A DNA stretch of 64,000 nt from a candidate division WOR-3 bacterium. Lineage in GTDB: Bacteria; Hydrothermota; Tepidihabitantia; Tepidihabitantales; Tepidihabitantaceae. A program made the position numbers and the translations under genes. This document shows positions 56,425 to 64,000 of the stretch, piece after piece. The stretch spans positions 40,216-104,215 of the forward strand of contig CBFGIY010000001.1 of NCBI GenBank assembly GCA_965648935.1, read 5' to 3'. The notes under the pieces are model-generated. The model did no database searches. It was not told the origin of the DNA and saw only the letters and a list, made by a program, of their open reading frames with translations. Numbering within the stretch: position 1 is the first letter of the stretch; the number at the start of each line of letters is the position of its first letter.

Positions 56425-56996
56425 ATTCTGACCTTGGCGCGATGATGAAGCGGCACGGTGTGCTGCGCGAGGGCCACTTCCTCTTGACCTCGGGCCGGCA
56501 CTCGGACCGCTACTTCGAGAAGTTCCGTATCCTCGAACAGCCGCCTGTGTGCGAGGCTTTTGCCCGGGCGGTCGCCGAGCGGTTCCGCGACAGCCTTGCC
56601 ACCGCGGTCTGCGGCCCGACGACCGGCGGCGTCATCATCGCCTACGAGGTCGCGCGCCAGCTCGGCACGCGCTGCATCATCGCGGAGAAGGCCGAGACCG
56701 GTCGCCGCATCGGGCGCGGATTCAAGCTCGGTCCGGACGACCGGGTGCTCGTCGTGGACGACGTGATGACCACCGGCGGTTCGATTCAGGAGACTCTTGA
56801 CGCGGTGCGCGCGGCCGGCGCCGGGATTGTCGGGGTCGGGGTGTATGTCGACCGCAGCCCGGGCGTGGACTTCGGGGTGCCGCTGTTCGGTGCTTACCGG
56901 CAGCAGGTCACGACCCACGAGGCAGCGGACTGCCCGCTCTGCCGCGCCGGCGTGCCGCTGGAAGAGCCGGGCCGCAGCGGCAAGCGCGCCGGCTAG
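56421..56996 (+). CDS. pyrE: Orotate phosphoribosyltransferase
   Basis: PRTase motif VLVVDDVMTTGGS. A GTG start overlaps pyrF. Confidence 0.85.
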   Translation: MNSDLGAMMKRHGVLREGHFLLTSGRHSDRYFEKFRILEQPPVCEAFARAVAERFRDSLATAVCGPTTGGVIIAYEVARQLGTRCIIAEKAETGRRIGRGFKLGPDDRVLVVDDVMTTGGSIQETLDAVRAAGAGIVGVGVYVDRSPGVDFGVPLFGAYRQQVTTHEAADCPLCRAGVPLEEPGRSGKRAG

Positions 56997-57325
56997 CGTT
57001 TCTTCTTTCTCTTCTCAGCCTCGTACTCGGCGCGGCGCTCCTTGAGTTCAGACTCCAGCTCGCGCAACTCGGCGACCAGCCGAACCACCTCGCGGTCGTC
57101 GGTCAGAGCGTTGCCGGTCCCGGTTTCGCCTGTATCCACCAGCCGGTAGATTCTGCCGCCGAGTCTGGCCATAGCCTTCTCGATCTCCCGGCTCAGCCGC
57201 ATCATGTCCATCTTCAGCCGGCCGCGCCGGGTCAGGTCTTCGGCCTCGCGGATTGCCGAATCGGCCGTACCGGTCAGCCAGCCGGCAACTTCATCCCACA
57301 AAGACTTACGTTTCTCGCTTGCCAC
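56993..57325 (-). CDS. Small coiled-coil protein, Lys-rich C-terminus
   Basis: 110 aa. It lies downstream of the lipoprotein gene in the same orientation. No family recognised. Confidence 0.4.
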   Translation of the reverse strand: MASEKRKSLWDEVAGWLTGTADSAIREAEDLTRRGRLKMDMMRLSREIEKAMARLGGRIYRLVDTGETGTGNALTDDREVVRLVAELRELESELKERRAEYEAEKRKKKR

Positions 57326-57339
57326 TCCGTTCCTCCTTG

Positions 57340-58092
57340 TCAGATAATCTCGCCCGGTTCTTCGGCCAGCCGGAGTATCACCGAGCCGATGCCGGCCTTG
57401 ATGTTCACTTCGACCGCCGGGCCTGAGCCTGCGTCATTGACATACCTGCCGTCGCGCCGGGCAAGGCCGGGCGCGCTCACGTCACCGATCCCGCCCTCGA
57501 CACTCACCGCCACCGGTGTCGCGCGTGGCAGCACCAGCACAAGCCTGCCGACCCCGGCGTTTATCGCCACGGACAGGGGCGCGCGGCGCGGCCCGGAGAG
57601 GTCGAGACGGCCTTCGCCCGCGCCCGCGTCGACCGACAGCCGTCGCAGGTCTATCCCGCGGAGGTCGAGCTCCGCGTTGCCCGCGCCGAACTTCACCTCA
57701 AGCCGCGTCGGCAGCGAGTCGCCCAGCCGGACGTTCCAGTCGTAGCGGATACTGCCGGGCCAGGTCACGCCGACCACGCTCGACGGCTGGGACAAGTCCA
57801 GCCGGCCGAGACCATCTGACGCCTCGTACGACATCACCGGCTTCCAGTCAGGAATGTTGTAGCTCACCGAAGCTTCGGCCGCGGCCTCGGCACCGCCCGC
57901 AACCTTCAGGGTTCCGACACCAACAGCAAGTGCGACGGTCAGCGATTCGGCTCCGGCCGGTTCCCAGCGCTCGGTCACGATCTCGGTCTTGCTGGCCTGC
58001 GGCGTCGGCACGTAGCAGCTGGACGCGACCAGGAGCGTCGCCGCCAGCGCGGCAAGGGTGATTCGGTTCAAGTTACCTCCGTTGAGCGGCAC
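57340..58092 (-). CDS. Lipoprotein with repeated beta-strand units (DUF4097/LiaF-like 'toast-rack' fold suspected)
   Basis: Lipobox LLVASSCY. It has repeats of (G/N)AG.G.L.L/V..... with paired charged residues (LDLRGIDLRRLSVDAGAGEGRLDLSG). Confidence 0.45.
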   Translation of the reverse strand: MPLNGGNLNRITLAALAATLLVASSCYVPTPQASKTEIVTERWEPAGAESLTVALAVGVGTLKVAGGAEAAAEASVSYNIPDWKPVMSYEASDGLGRLDLSQPSSVVGVTWPGSIRYDWNVRLGDSLPTRLEVKFGAGNAELDLRGIDLRRLSVDAGAGEGRLDLSGPRRAPLSVAINAGVGRLVLVLPRATPVAVSVEGGIGDVSAPGLARRDGRYVNDAGSGPAVEVNIKAGIGSVILRLAEEPGEII

Positions 58093-58142
58093 TGCCGTTC
58101 TGGAGTATGACGCGCCGGCGCGGGCCGATGTTGCCCGGCGCT

Positions 58143-59696
58143 TCAGCGCACGACCACGAACCGGCGGCGGGAAGCTCCGTCATCGAGCCAGTACACGCCG
58201 GCCTTGAGCCCGGCTGTCGAGACACGGCCGCCCCGGCCTTCGGCAGCGACGCGGCCATCCGGCCCGAACAGCTTCGCCCGGCCGGCAACCACCAGCGACG
58301 CACCGGCGCGCGCGATGCCGTTCCCGGCCAGCCGGGCGCGCGGCCCGCGGCCTCCTGTCTCGGCGATGCCCGCCAGCGCACCACGCCAGACGCAGACCGG
58401 GTTGTCCGACACCGCGCCAATCGAGTCGGAGTTGAACCCGGCAATCACGTCCTGCAGGAAGAACACCGCCAGCGAATCCTGTGTGCAATCCCGCGCCAGG
58501 ACCGGGAACCGCTTCGAGGTGCCGTCGGGTGAGGTCAGCCGGACCGGCTCGGACCACGCGGCCCCGTCGTCCGACCACGCGCACCAGACTTCGGCCCGCA
58601 ACAGCCCGGTGGTCGGCTCGACGTCCAGCGAGTCAAACTCCTCCCAGGTCATCCAGAATCGCCCGGTCGCCGGGTTCTGCCCGAGCGACGGCCGGCCGCA
58701 GAACGTCGCGCTCGACCCCGTCGAACCGGCCGGCGCTCTCGCACCGGCCCGGCGCACCCGGTGCCAACTCACCCCGGCCGACTTGAACACCCATATCTCG
58801 GCCGGGTTGCTGCGCGCGGTCTCCGCGACCACCGGCACCAGCACGGTCGCCAGCAGCCAGTCATCGTTGCGGTCGAACAGGATGTTCGCGCCCTGGCCGC
58901 AGGTCGTGGCCGTATCGCCGCCATACACGCTCGGCGGCACCAGCTCGGCCGGCGCGGCCCAGCTCGCCCCCGCGTCCGTCGACATCCGTACGAACAGGGC
59001 CGCCTCAGCGCCCGAGCCGCCGAGCCAGGAAGCGACCACCGCGCCGGTCTGATGCGAGGCGCACAGGTTGTGGCCGTACGCGCCTGACTGCAGCCAGCCC
59101 TGCGGCCCGTCCCAGTCGCACCAGCTTGTCGAACGCGAGTAGAACAGGTTGTCCGACGTGGCGAACTGGATGTGAAGCAGGTGCACGATGCCGCCCGGCG
59201 AGGCCGCGACCACGGGCAGGAAGTGATTGACAAGATTCGGTTCTCCGATGCACCAGTCGAAAATGCCGCCCCCGGGCGCGACGTCCCGCGCCACGACCGG
59301 GCACCACTGCGGCGGCATCCCGCCCAGGCTGTAGTGCGCCGCGACCAGCGCTGTGCCGTCGGCCGGGTCGAGTTCCATCGTGCCATACCCGGTGCGCCGG
59401 TTCTGGGAGTTCAGGCCCGACAGCATGAAGTCCTCCGGGTCCACCCAGTTCCACTCGCCGGTCGCGCGGTCAAGGTAGTTGTACTTCATTGTCCGGTCGG
59501 GCCAGTTCGACCCGCGCGCCAGCGCGCTATAGAGCCACGCTACGTGGATGCCGTTCGCCGGGTCATTGACTATCCACTGCAGGGCCGGGCCGGTGTTCTG
59601 GTTGTCGAACGTCGTGCCGCCGACGGTGTCGACCGCACCGGTTTGCGCGGCGGCGATTGCGCAGAGCATTGCGGTCAGAATCACGATACGTGTCAT
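58143..59696 (-). CDS. Secreted BNR/sialidase-like beta-propeller protein with a T9SS-type C-terminal sorting domain
   Basis: Signal peptide, then the BNR motifs STDAGASW and SDDGAAWS. The C-terminal tail is KAGVYWLDDGASRRRFVVVR. Confidence 0.65.
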   Translation of the reverse strand: MTRIVILTAMLCAIAAAQTGAVDTVGGTTFDNQNTGPALQWIVNDPANGIHVAWLYSALARGSNWPDRTMKYNYLDRATGEWNWVDPEDFMLSGLNSQNRRTGYGTMELDPADGTALVAAHYSLGGMPPQWCPVVARDVAPGGGIFDWCIGEPNLVNHFLPVVAASPGGIVHLLHIQFATSDNLFYSRSTSWCDWDGPQGWLQSGAYGHNLCASHQTGAVVASWLGGSGAEAALFVRMSTDAGASWAAPAELVPPSVYGGDTATTCGQGANILFDRNDDWLLATVLVPVVAETARSNPAEIWVFKSAGVSWHRVRRAGARAPAGSTGSSATFCGRPSLGQNPATGRFWMTWEEFDSLDVEPTTGLLRAEVWCAWSDDGAAWSEPVRLTSPDGTSKRFPVLARDCTQDSLAVFFLQDVIAGFNSDSIGAVSDNPVCVWRGALAGIAETGGRGPRARLAGNGIARAGASLVVAGRAKLFGPDGRVAAEGRGGRVSTAGLKAGVYWLDDGASRRRFVVVR

Positions 59697-59717
59697 ACAA
59701 CCTCCATTGTGGCTGGT

Positions 59718-61268
59718 CTAGGGCACCAGGACGACCCGGCGAGTCTCCTCGCCGGCCCTGAGCCAGTAGACTCCGGGTCTGAGCTCATCGGCCGACCGGA
59801 CCGCGCGGCCGTCGGCAGAGAACGCCTGTTCGGCCGGATGCAGGCGCAGGTCGGCGGCGCGACAGACGGTCTGTTCGCCGACGCGGCCGCGCGTCGCGCC
59901 CGGCCGCTCGACGATGCCCGATGCGTTCGCCGTGTAGCTGTAGGACCGCCGCCCCGAGGGAGTGTGGTTTGCCGGCACCAGGTACACCGACTGCCAGTCC
60001 GTGCCGAAACCCGGCACGCTGATGTCGGCCCGGCCCGCCGAGTCGAGCGCAATCGTGTCCACGAGCAGCCGGCGCCCCACCGTGTCCAGCCCGATCACGA
60101 ACAGCCGGAACTCGGCGTCGTCGGCAGCGTCGAAGGTCGCGTCGAGACCGATCCCGCCCTGAAAGAGAATGTACTCCCCGGCCCAGCGGTTCAGGTCGCC
60201 GCTGCGCGCCACCGGAAACGTGAAGTGGTATCCGGCAACCCCGAACCGCGGCACGCGCTCGCCGTAGTAGCCGTACCGGCCGCCCGCGAAAGACGTATCG
60301 TTGATGCGGTTGGCCAGGACCCAGCTGTCAAAGACATCGGCGAACCGCTCGTCCAGCCCGGTCGCGGCGAAGGCCGAGTCGATGCCCTCAATGCTGGTGA
60401 ATGGCGAGGCGATTATGTTGTGAATCAGGTCTGATCCGACCCGGCCGCCGTACTGCTCGTAGAGATAGAGGAAGAACAGGTAGGTCTTGATGTAGTCGGC
60501 CCAGGACCCGGTCCAGCTCGTCAGGTCGTTGTCCGGGTTCGACGGGAAAGACGACACCGGGTCGGGCGCGCCATAGAGCCACATCGCCAGCTCGCAGTTG
60601 CCCTCGGCCACCCAAAGCGACTCGGCCGGGTCGTAGTTCCAGTGAATCATGTGACCGAACTCGTGGGCGGCGATGGCGATGCGGTAGTCCCCGGAGGGGT
60701 TGTTGGGCCAGCAGTCGAGGTACACGCACTCGACCTCGTTGGAGTGATAGCCCCACAGCCGCATCGCAGTCGTATCGTAGTACTGGTCGAAGTACTGCCA
60801 GAAACCGTCGAAAGAGTAGCCGTGAAAGCTGCCGATGTCGTAGTAAAGCAGGTAGATGGCCGAGTCGTTGTCGATGGCGTCGGGCGGCATCCCCAGCACC
60901 GATGTGTTGTGCCCCCACACGCCCCTGGTGCTGTCGCGTGGGCTGGATAAGTCGAACCGCTCGGCGATGCGCGCGGCAGCGGCCGAGTCCATCTGCCCGG
61001 CCGCCCACGCCGAGTCTTCAACCATCACGTAGCAGTGCGGGCCGACTGCCCGGCAGGTCATGTTTGCCTGGAACTGCGCTGGCGGCATCACGCTCATATT
61101 CTGCAGCCACATCACGCGCGAATCGCCGATCTGCAGCCGCTCGGCCGCGGCGCGGGGCAAGGGCTTGGGCGGCAGCCCTGCGGACTTCAGTTCTTCGAAC
61201 AGCGGGGTCGCGCAGCGCATCGGCACGGTCGGCGCCTGCGTGACGAGCGTCAACATGACAAGCAGCAA
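59718..61268 (-). CDS. Secreted zinc metalloprotease (HExxH; M6/InhA-like) with a T9SS-type C-terminal sorting domain
   Basis: AHEFGHMIHWNYD with a downstream Glu. The C-terminal tail is PGVYWLRAGEETRRVVLVP. It is 21 nt upstream of the BNR cargo gene. Confidence 0.7.
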   Translation of the reverse strand: MLLVMLTLVTQAPTVPMRCATPLFEELKSAGLPPKPLPRAAAERLQIGDSRVMWLQNMSVMPPAQFQANMTCRAVGPHCYVMVEDSAWAAGQMDSAAAARIAERFDLSSPRDSTRGVWGHNTSVLGMPPDAIDNDSAIYLLYYDIGSFHGYSFDGFWQYFDQYYDTTAMRLWGYHSNEVECVYLDCWPNNPSGDYRIAIAAHEFGHMIHWNYDPAESLWVAEGNCELAMWLYGAPDPVSSFPSNPDNDLTSWTGSWADYIKTYLFFLYLYEQYGGRVGSDLIHNIIASPFTSIEGIDSAFAATGLDERFADVFDSWVLANRINDTSFAGGRYGYYGERVPRFGVAGYHFTFPVARSGDLNRWAGEYILFQGGIGLDATFDAADDAEFRLFVIGLDTVGRRLLVDTIALDSAGRADISVPGFGTDWQSVYLVPANHTPSGRRSYSYTANASGIVERPGATRGRVGEQTVCRAADLRLHPAEQAFSADGRAVRSADELRPGVYWLRAGEETRRVVLVP

Positions 61269-61580
61269 GATACCTCCTGTCGGCTCGGCACACAGATACT
61301 AGACCACAGGCGCGGCGCGTCAACCCGCAGGCGGGCACGCCGGCCGATGAGCCATACCGCGCACAGGTTCTGGTGAGGCTTGGCCGGAAACACCGGGGCT
61401 CCGAGTGAGGCGGTTCGGTCAGGATTCGGCGCAGCGGGAAGCTCTGCCCGCGGTCGGCACAGCGCCAGACGCCGGCCATTCGGTCGTGCCGGTAGCAGAC
61501 CTGTCAGTCTTGCCGCTTGACCGGCCGGTTGGGCGGTCTATCCTGTGGCCACAGATGAGCTTTGAAAGGAGCGCCGCCGA

Positions 61581-62165
61581 ATGAGCGACGAGCGGCCGCA
61601 GTTGCGGATGCGTTGGACCGGCGAGATGCCGGGCGCGCCGAACGGCGTGAGCCCGCCCGAGGGCTACCACACGCGCATCTTCCGGCCCGGGGACGAGCCG
61701 CGGTTCTTTGAGTTGATGGAGCAGTGCGGCTGGCCGGGATGGGACAATGAACGGCTGGCGTACTCGCTTGAGCGCGTGCTGCCGGACGGCTGGCTGATGG
61801 CGGTTGAGGAGTCGACAGACCGCATCGTCGGCACTGCGATGGCCCTGCACAACTACACCGGCAGGCGGCCGTTCTCGGGTGACATCGGCTGGGTCGCGGT
61901 CGACCCGGAGCACCGGGGACGGGGCGTGGGCAGGATGCTGGTTGCCGCGGTGACGTGGCGGCTGGCCGCGGCCGGGTACCTCGACTTCGGGCTGGGGACC
62001 GAGGACTTCCGCCTCCCGGCCATCAGCATCTACTTTGACCTCGGCTACGTGCCGGTGCTGGATTCGCCGGATGCGGCCGAGCGCTGGCGGGCAATCTGCG
62101 TTCAGCTCAGCCAGCCGTTTGAGCCGGAGAAGTGGGCTTCGCGCCCGGGCACTCAGGCAGACTGA
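61581..62165 (+). CDS. GNAT-family N-acetyltransferase
   Basis: Motif A: VAVDPEHRGRGVGRMLVAAV. Confidence 0.75.
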   Translation: MSDERPQLRMRWTGEMPGAPNGVSPPEGYHTRIFRPGDEPRFFELMEQCGWPGWDNERLAYSLERVLPDGWLMAVEESTDRIVGTAMALHNYTGRRPFSGDIGWVAVDPEHRGRGVGRMLVAAVTWRLAAAGYLDFGLGTEDFRLPAISIYFDLGYVPVLDSPDAAERWRAICVQLSQPFEPEKWASRPGTQAD

Positions 62166-62221
62166 GGTTGGCCGGTCACACTGCGCCCCGTTATGCGGGG
62201 CGCTCGCCATTCGGGCGGAAG

Positions 62222-63046
62222 TCAGTCGGCAGGTGTGAAGCCGAGCTTGTCGTAGGTCCGGCGGGCGGGGAGGTTGGCGGCGGTGACCACGAGCGAGAGC
62301 CGAGTGTGACCCGCGGCGGCCAGGGCGCGGGCCGACTGCAGTATCAGGGCCGAGGCGAGGCCGCGACGCTGCGCTGAAGGGCGGGTCATCGAGAAGGCTA
62401 GCAGTGGAACCACATCCGGCGAACCTTCATTGAGCAGGGTGATGAGGCAGGCCGACTGCAGGTCGCCGGCGCTCGCAGCCACGAAAGAGCAATCGGGCAG
62501 GAAGCGACCGTAGGCACCGGCCATCGTCCGGTCGATTTCGGACCGCGCGTCCTCGAGCGTCTCGCCGTTGTAGTCGACCGTGCCGCGGTAGGCGTCGAGC
62601 ATCAGGTCGGCGAGCGCCGGGGCGTCGGCGTTGGAGACTGCGCGACAGTCGATGCTCGGCCCCGGCAGCGGAGAGGACAGGGAGAGGACCATCTTCAAGC
62701 GCTTGCCGGTCTGCGGTTCGAAAGTCGTGCCGCGGCGGCGAGCCAGCTCGATGTGCAGGGCGTCACAGCGGTCATACCAGAGGCGCTGGTACTCATCGGG
62801 AGGGACGATTCGGGTCCTGAGGTCTGACACCGAGCGGATGCCTTCATCGCGGCACCAGCGGACACACTCCTCGTATGCTTCCCAGTCAAGGTCGTCTGTT
62901 TTCCAGTAGACCGTCAGTTCGCTGATGCCGGACAGCGCGGCCGCGACCGCGCGGGTGTGGCCGTCGGTGAGCATCAGGCAGTCGGCCAGTTGTTTGACCG
63001 GGAGCGGCGCGACGTCGGCCGGGAGCAGCCGCTCGCGCCCGGCCAT
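62222..63046 (-). CDS. Protein with an unknown N-terminal domain fused to a C-terminal GNAT acetyltransferase domain (start uncertain)
   Basis: GNAT motif in SAQRRGLASALILQS. Only the 3' part of track ORF 62222..63865 is real, because the plus-strand SGNH gene occupies 63203 onward. ATG 63046 was chosen. Confidence 0.5.
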   Translation of the reverse strand: MAGRERLLPADVAPLPVKQLADCLMLTDGHTRAVAAALSGISELTVYWKTDDLDWEAYEECVRWCRDEGIRSVSDLRTRIVPPDEYQRLWYDRCDALHIELARRRGTTFEPQTGKRLKMVLSLSSPLPGPSIDCRAVSNADAPALADLMLDAYRGTVDYNGETLEDARSEIDRTMAGAYGRFLPDCSFVAASAGDLQSACLITLLNEGSPDVVPLLAFSMTRPSAQRRGLASALILQSARALAAAGHTRLSLVVTAANLPARRTYDKLGFTPAD

Positions 63047-63202
63047 CACCGCGGCGAGCTTTTCTGAGCTGACCCAGAGTTGGCTGGGCTGGAGTTCGAC
63101 GAGCCGTGCGGTGAAGGTCGGTTCGGTCACGAATGAACATAGAGCAGGGAGTAGTGCGGTCAAGCGCTTGACCGCGAGCGCGGGATGGTCTAGCATCGGC
63201 AG

Positions 63203-64000
63203 ATGAAACGCGTGGTGCTGGGCCTGGTTCTGCTGCTGGCGGGCGCGCGGGCGTTGGATGTGCTGTTCGTCGGCAACAGCCACACCTATGTCAACGACCT
63301 GCCCGCGCTGTTCCGCGGGCTGTCCGAGGCGGGCGGGTTCGTCGTGAGGACCGCCACGAGCGCGCCGGGCGGTTACGCTCTGCACCAGCACGTCGCATAC
63401 CAGCCGACCCTGGACTCGATCAGCGGCCGCCAGTGGGACTACGTGGTGCTGCAGGAGCAGAGCCAGATACCGGCCATCAACTGGTGCCGGGACAGCCTGA
63501 TGCACCCGGCGGCGCGCAGCCTCGACGCGCTGATAGCGGCGCGCGGGGCGCAGACCGCGTTCTACCTGACGTGGGGTTGGCGCGACGGCGGCACCCACAC
63601 CTATGGCGGTCATTCGAGCCCTGGTTTCCGCGATTACTTCGAGATGCAGGACAGCGTGTCCGTTTCGTACCGGATGATTGCCGACGAACTGGCCGCGGTG
63701 CTGGTGCCGGTGGGCGAGGCGTGGCGCAATGCGCGCCTGCTCAACCCGAGCATCGACCTCTGGCAGGACGACGAGTGTCACGCGACGCTGAAGGGCACCT
63801 ACCTCGGAGCCTGCGTGTTCTACGCGGTCCTGCACGGCGATGACCCGACCGGCCTTGCGTTCCACGGCGGCTTGAGTCCGGCGGATGCGCGCTGGTTGCA
63901 GGAAGTCGCGTGGCAGACCGTGTCGGGAATTGCCGAACGGCCGGCCGAGGCAGTCGAGGGCGCAGGGCTGGTCGTGCCGTCGCCATTGCGACCGGGTATG
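63203..64000 (+). CDS. Secreted SGNH/GDSL-like hydrolase (DUF4886-like), partial; runs off the window end
   Basis: Not in the ORF track because it has no stop. It reads MKRVVLGLVLLLAGARALDVLFVGNSHTYVNDLPALF, a signal peptide followed by a GNSH/GDSL block I. The frame is open to position 64000. Confidence 0.65.
   Translation, partial: MKRVVLGLVLLLAGARALDVLFVGNSHTYVNDLPALFRGLSEAGGFVVRTATSAPGGYALHQHVAYQPTLDSISGRQWDYVVLQEQSQIPAINWCRDSLMHPAARSLDALIAARGAQTAFYLTWGWRDGGTHTYGGHSSPGFRDYFEMQDSVSVSYRMIADELAAVLVPVGEAWRNARLLNPSIDLWQDDECHATLKGTYLGACVFYAVLHGDDPTGLAFHGGLSPADARWLQEVAWQTVSGIAERPAEAVEGAGLVVPSPLRPGM

Noticed and set aside
63047-63865. 5' 273 codons of track ORF 62222..63865
   Set aside because: It overlaps the plus-strand SGNH hydrolase gene, which has a signal peptide and a GDSL block, and it leaves no divergent promoter.

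Overview
This is a 64-kb window from a high-GC (~68-70%) bacterial chromosome. It is densely packed with genes, many of them translationally coupled through ATGA or GTGA overlaps. The organism looks like an uncultivated anaerobe with a type IX secretion system (T9SS): the window holds HydE/HydF/HydG [FeFe]-hydrogenase maturases, rubrerythrin, and several secreted proteins ending in T9SS-type C-terminal sorting domains.

Recognisable housekeeping blocks:
- A MacAB-type ABC efflux module, cotranscribed with a cobalamin-binding-domain protein, a GT2 glycosyltransferase and PlsY.
- The maturase cluster: a TM1266-like regulator, hydG, an aspartase-like gene, hydF and hydE.
- A four-gene operon: a serine-palmitoyltransferase-like alpha-oxoamine synthase, a long-chain acyl-CoA synthetase, and two tandem paralogous secreted helical-repeat proteins.
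- ispE, tRNA-Gln, prs, rplY, pth, ychF, rpsF and ssb.
- A complete Pho supercluster on the minus strand, upstream gene first: phoR, phoB, phoU, pstB, pstA, pstC, pstS and a phosphate porin.
- RNase P RNA, an ABC-F ATPase and tRNA-Leu.
- pmbA and tldD.
- pyrK, pyrD, pyrF and pyrE.

Accessory or odd features:
- A ~2.7-kb low-GC island (about 22.5-25.1 kb) holds a fibronectin-III-repeat T9SS cargo gene whose sorting domain has a different flavour from the other cargo genes. It is flanked by a strand-asymmetric C/A-rich non-coding stretch and an orphan MNT nucleotidyltransferase with a decayed partner.
- Two 68-bp tandem repeats derived from a tRNA 3' end, each carrying a GC hairpin, sit directly downstream of tRNA-Leu.
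- A sigma54 two-component system has an integrin-like beta-propeller sensor.

No CRISPR array, transposase, integrase or reverse transcriptase was found. Many long ORFs in the supplied track are antisense or high-GC artefacts and were rejected.
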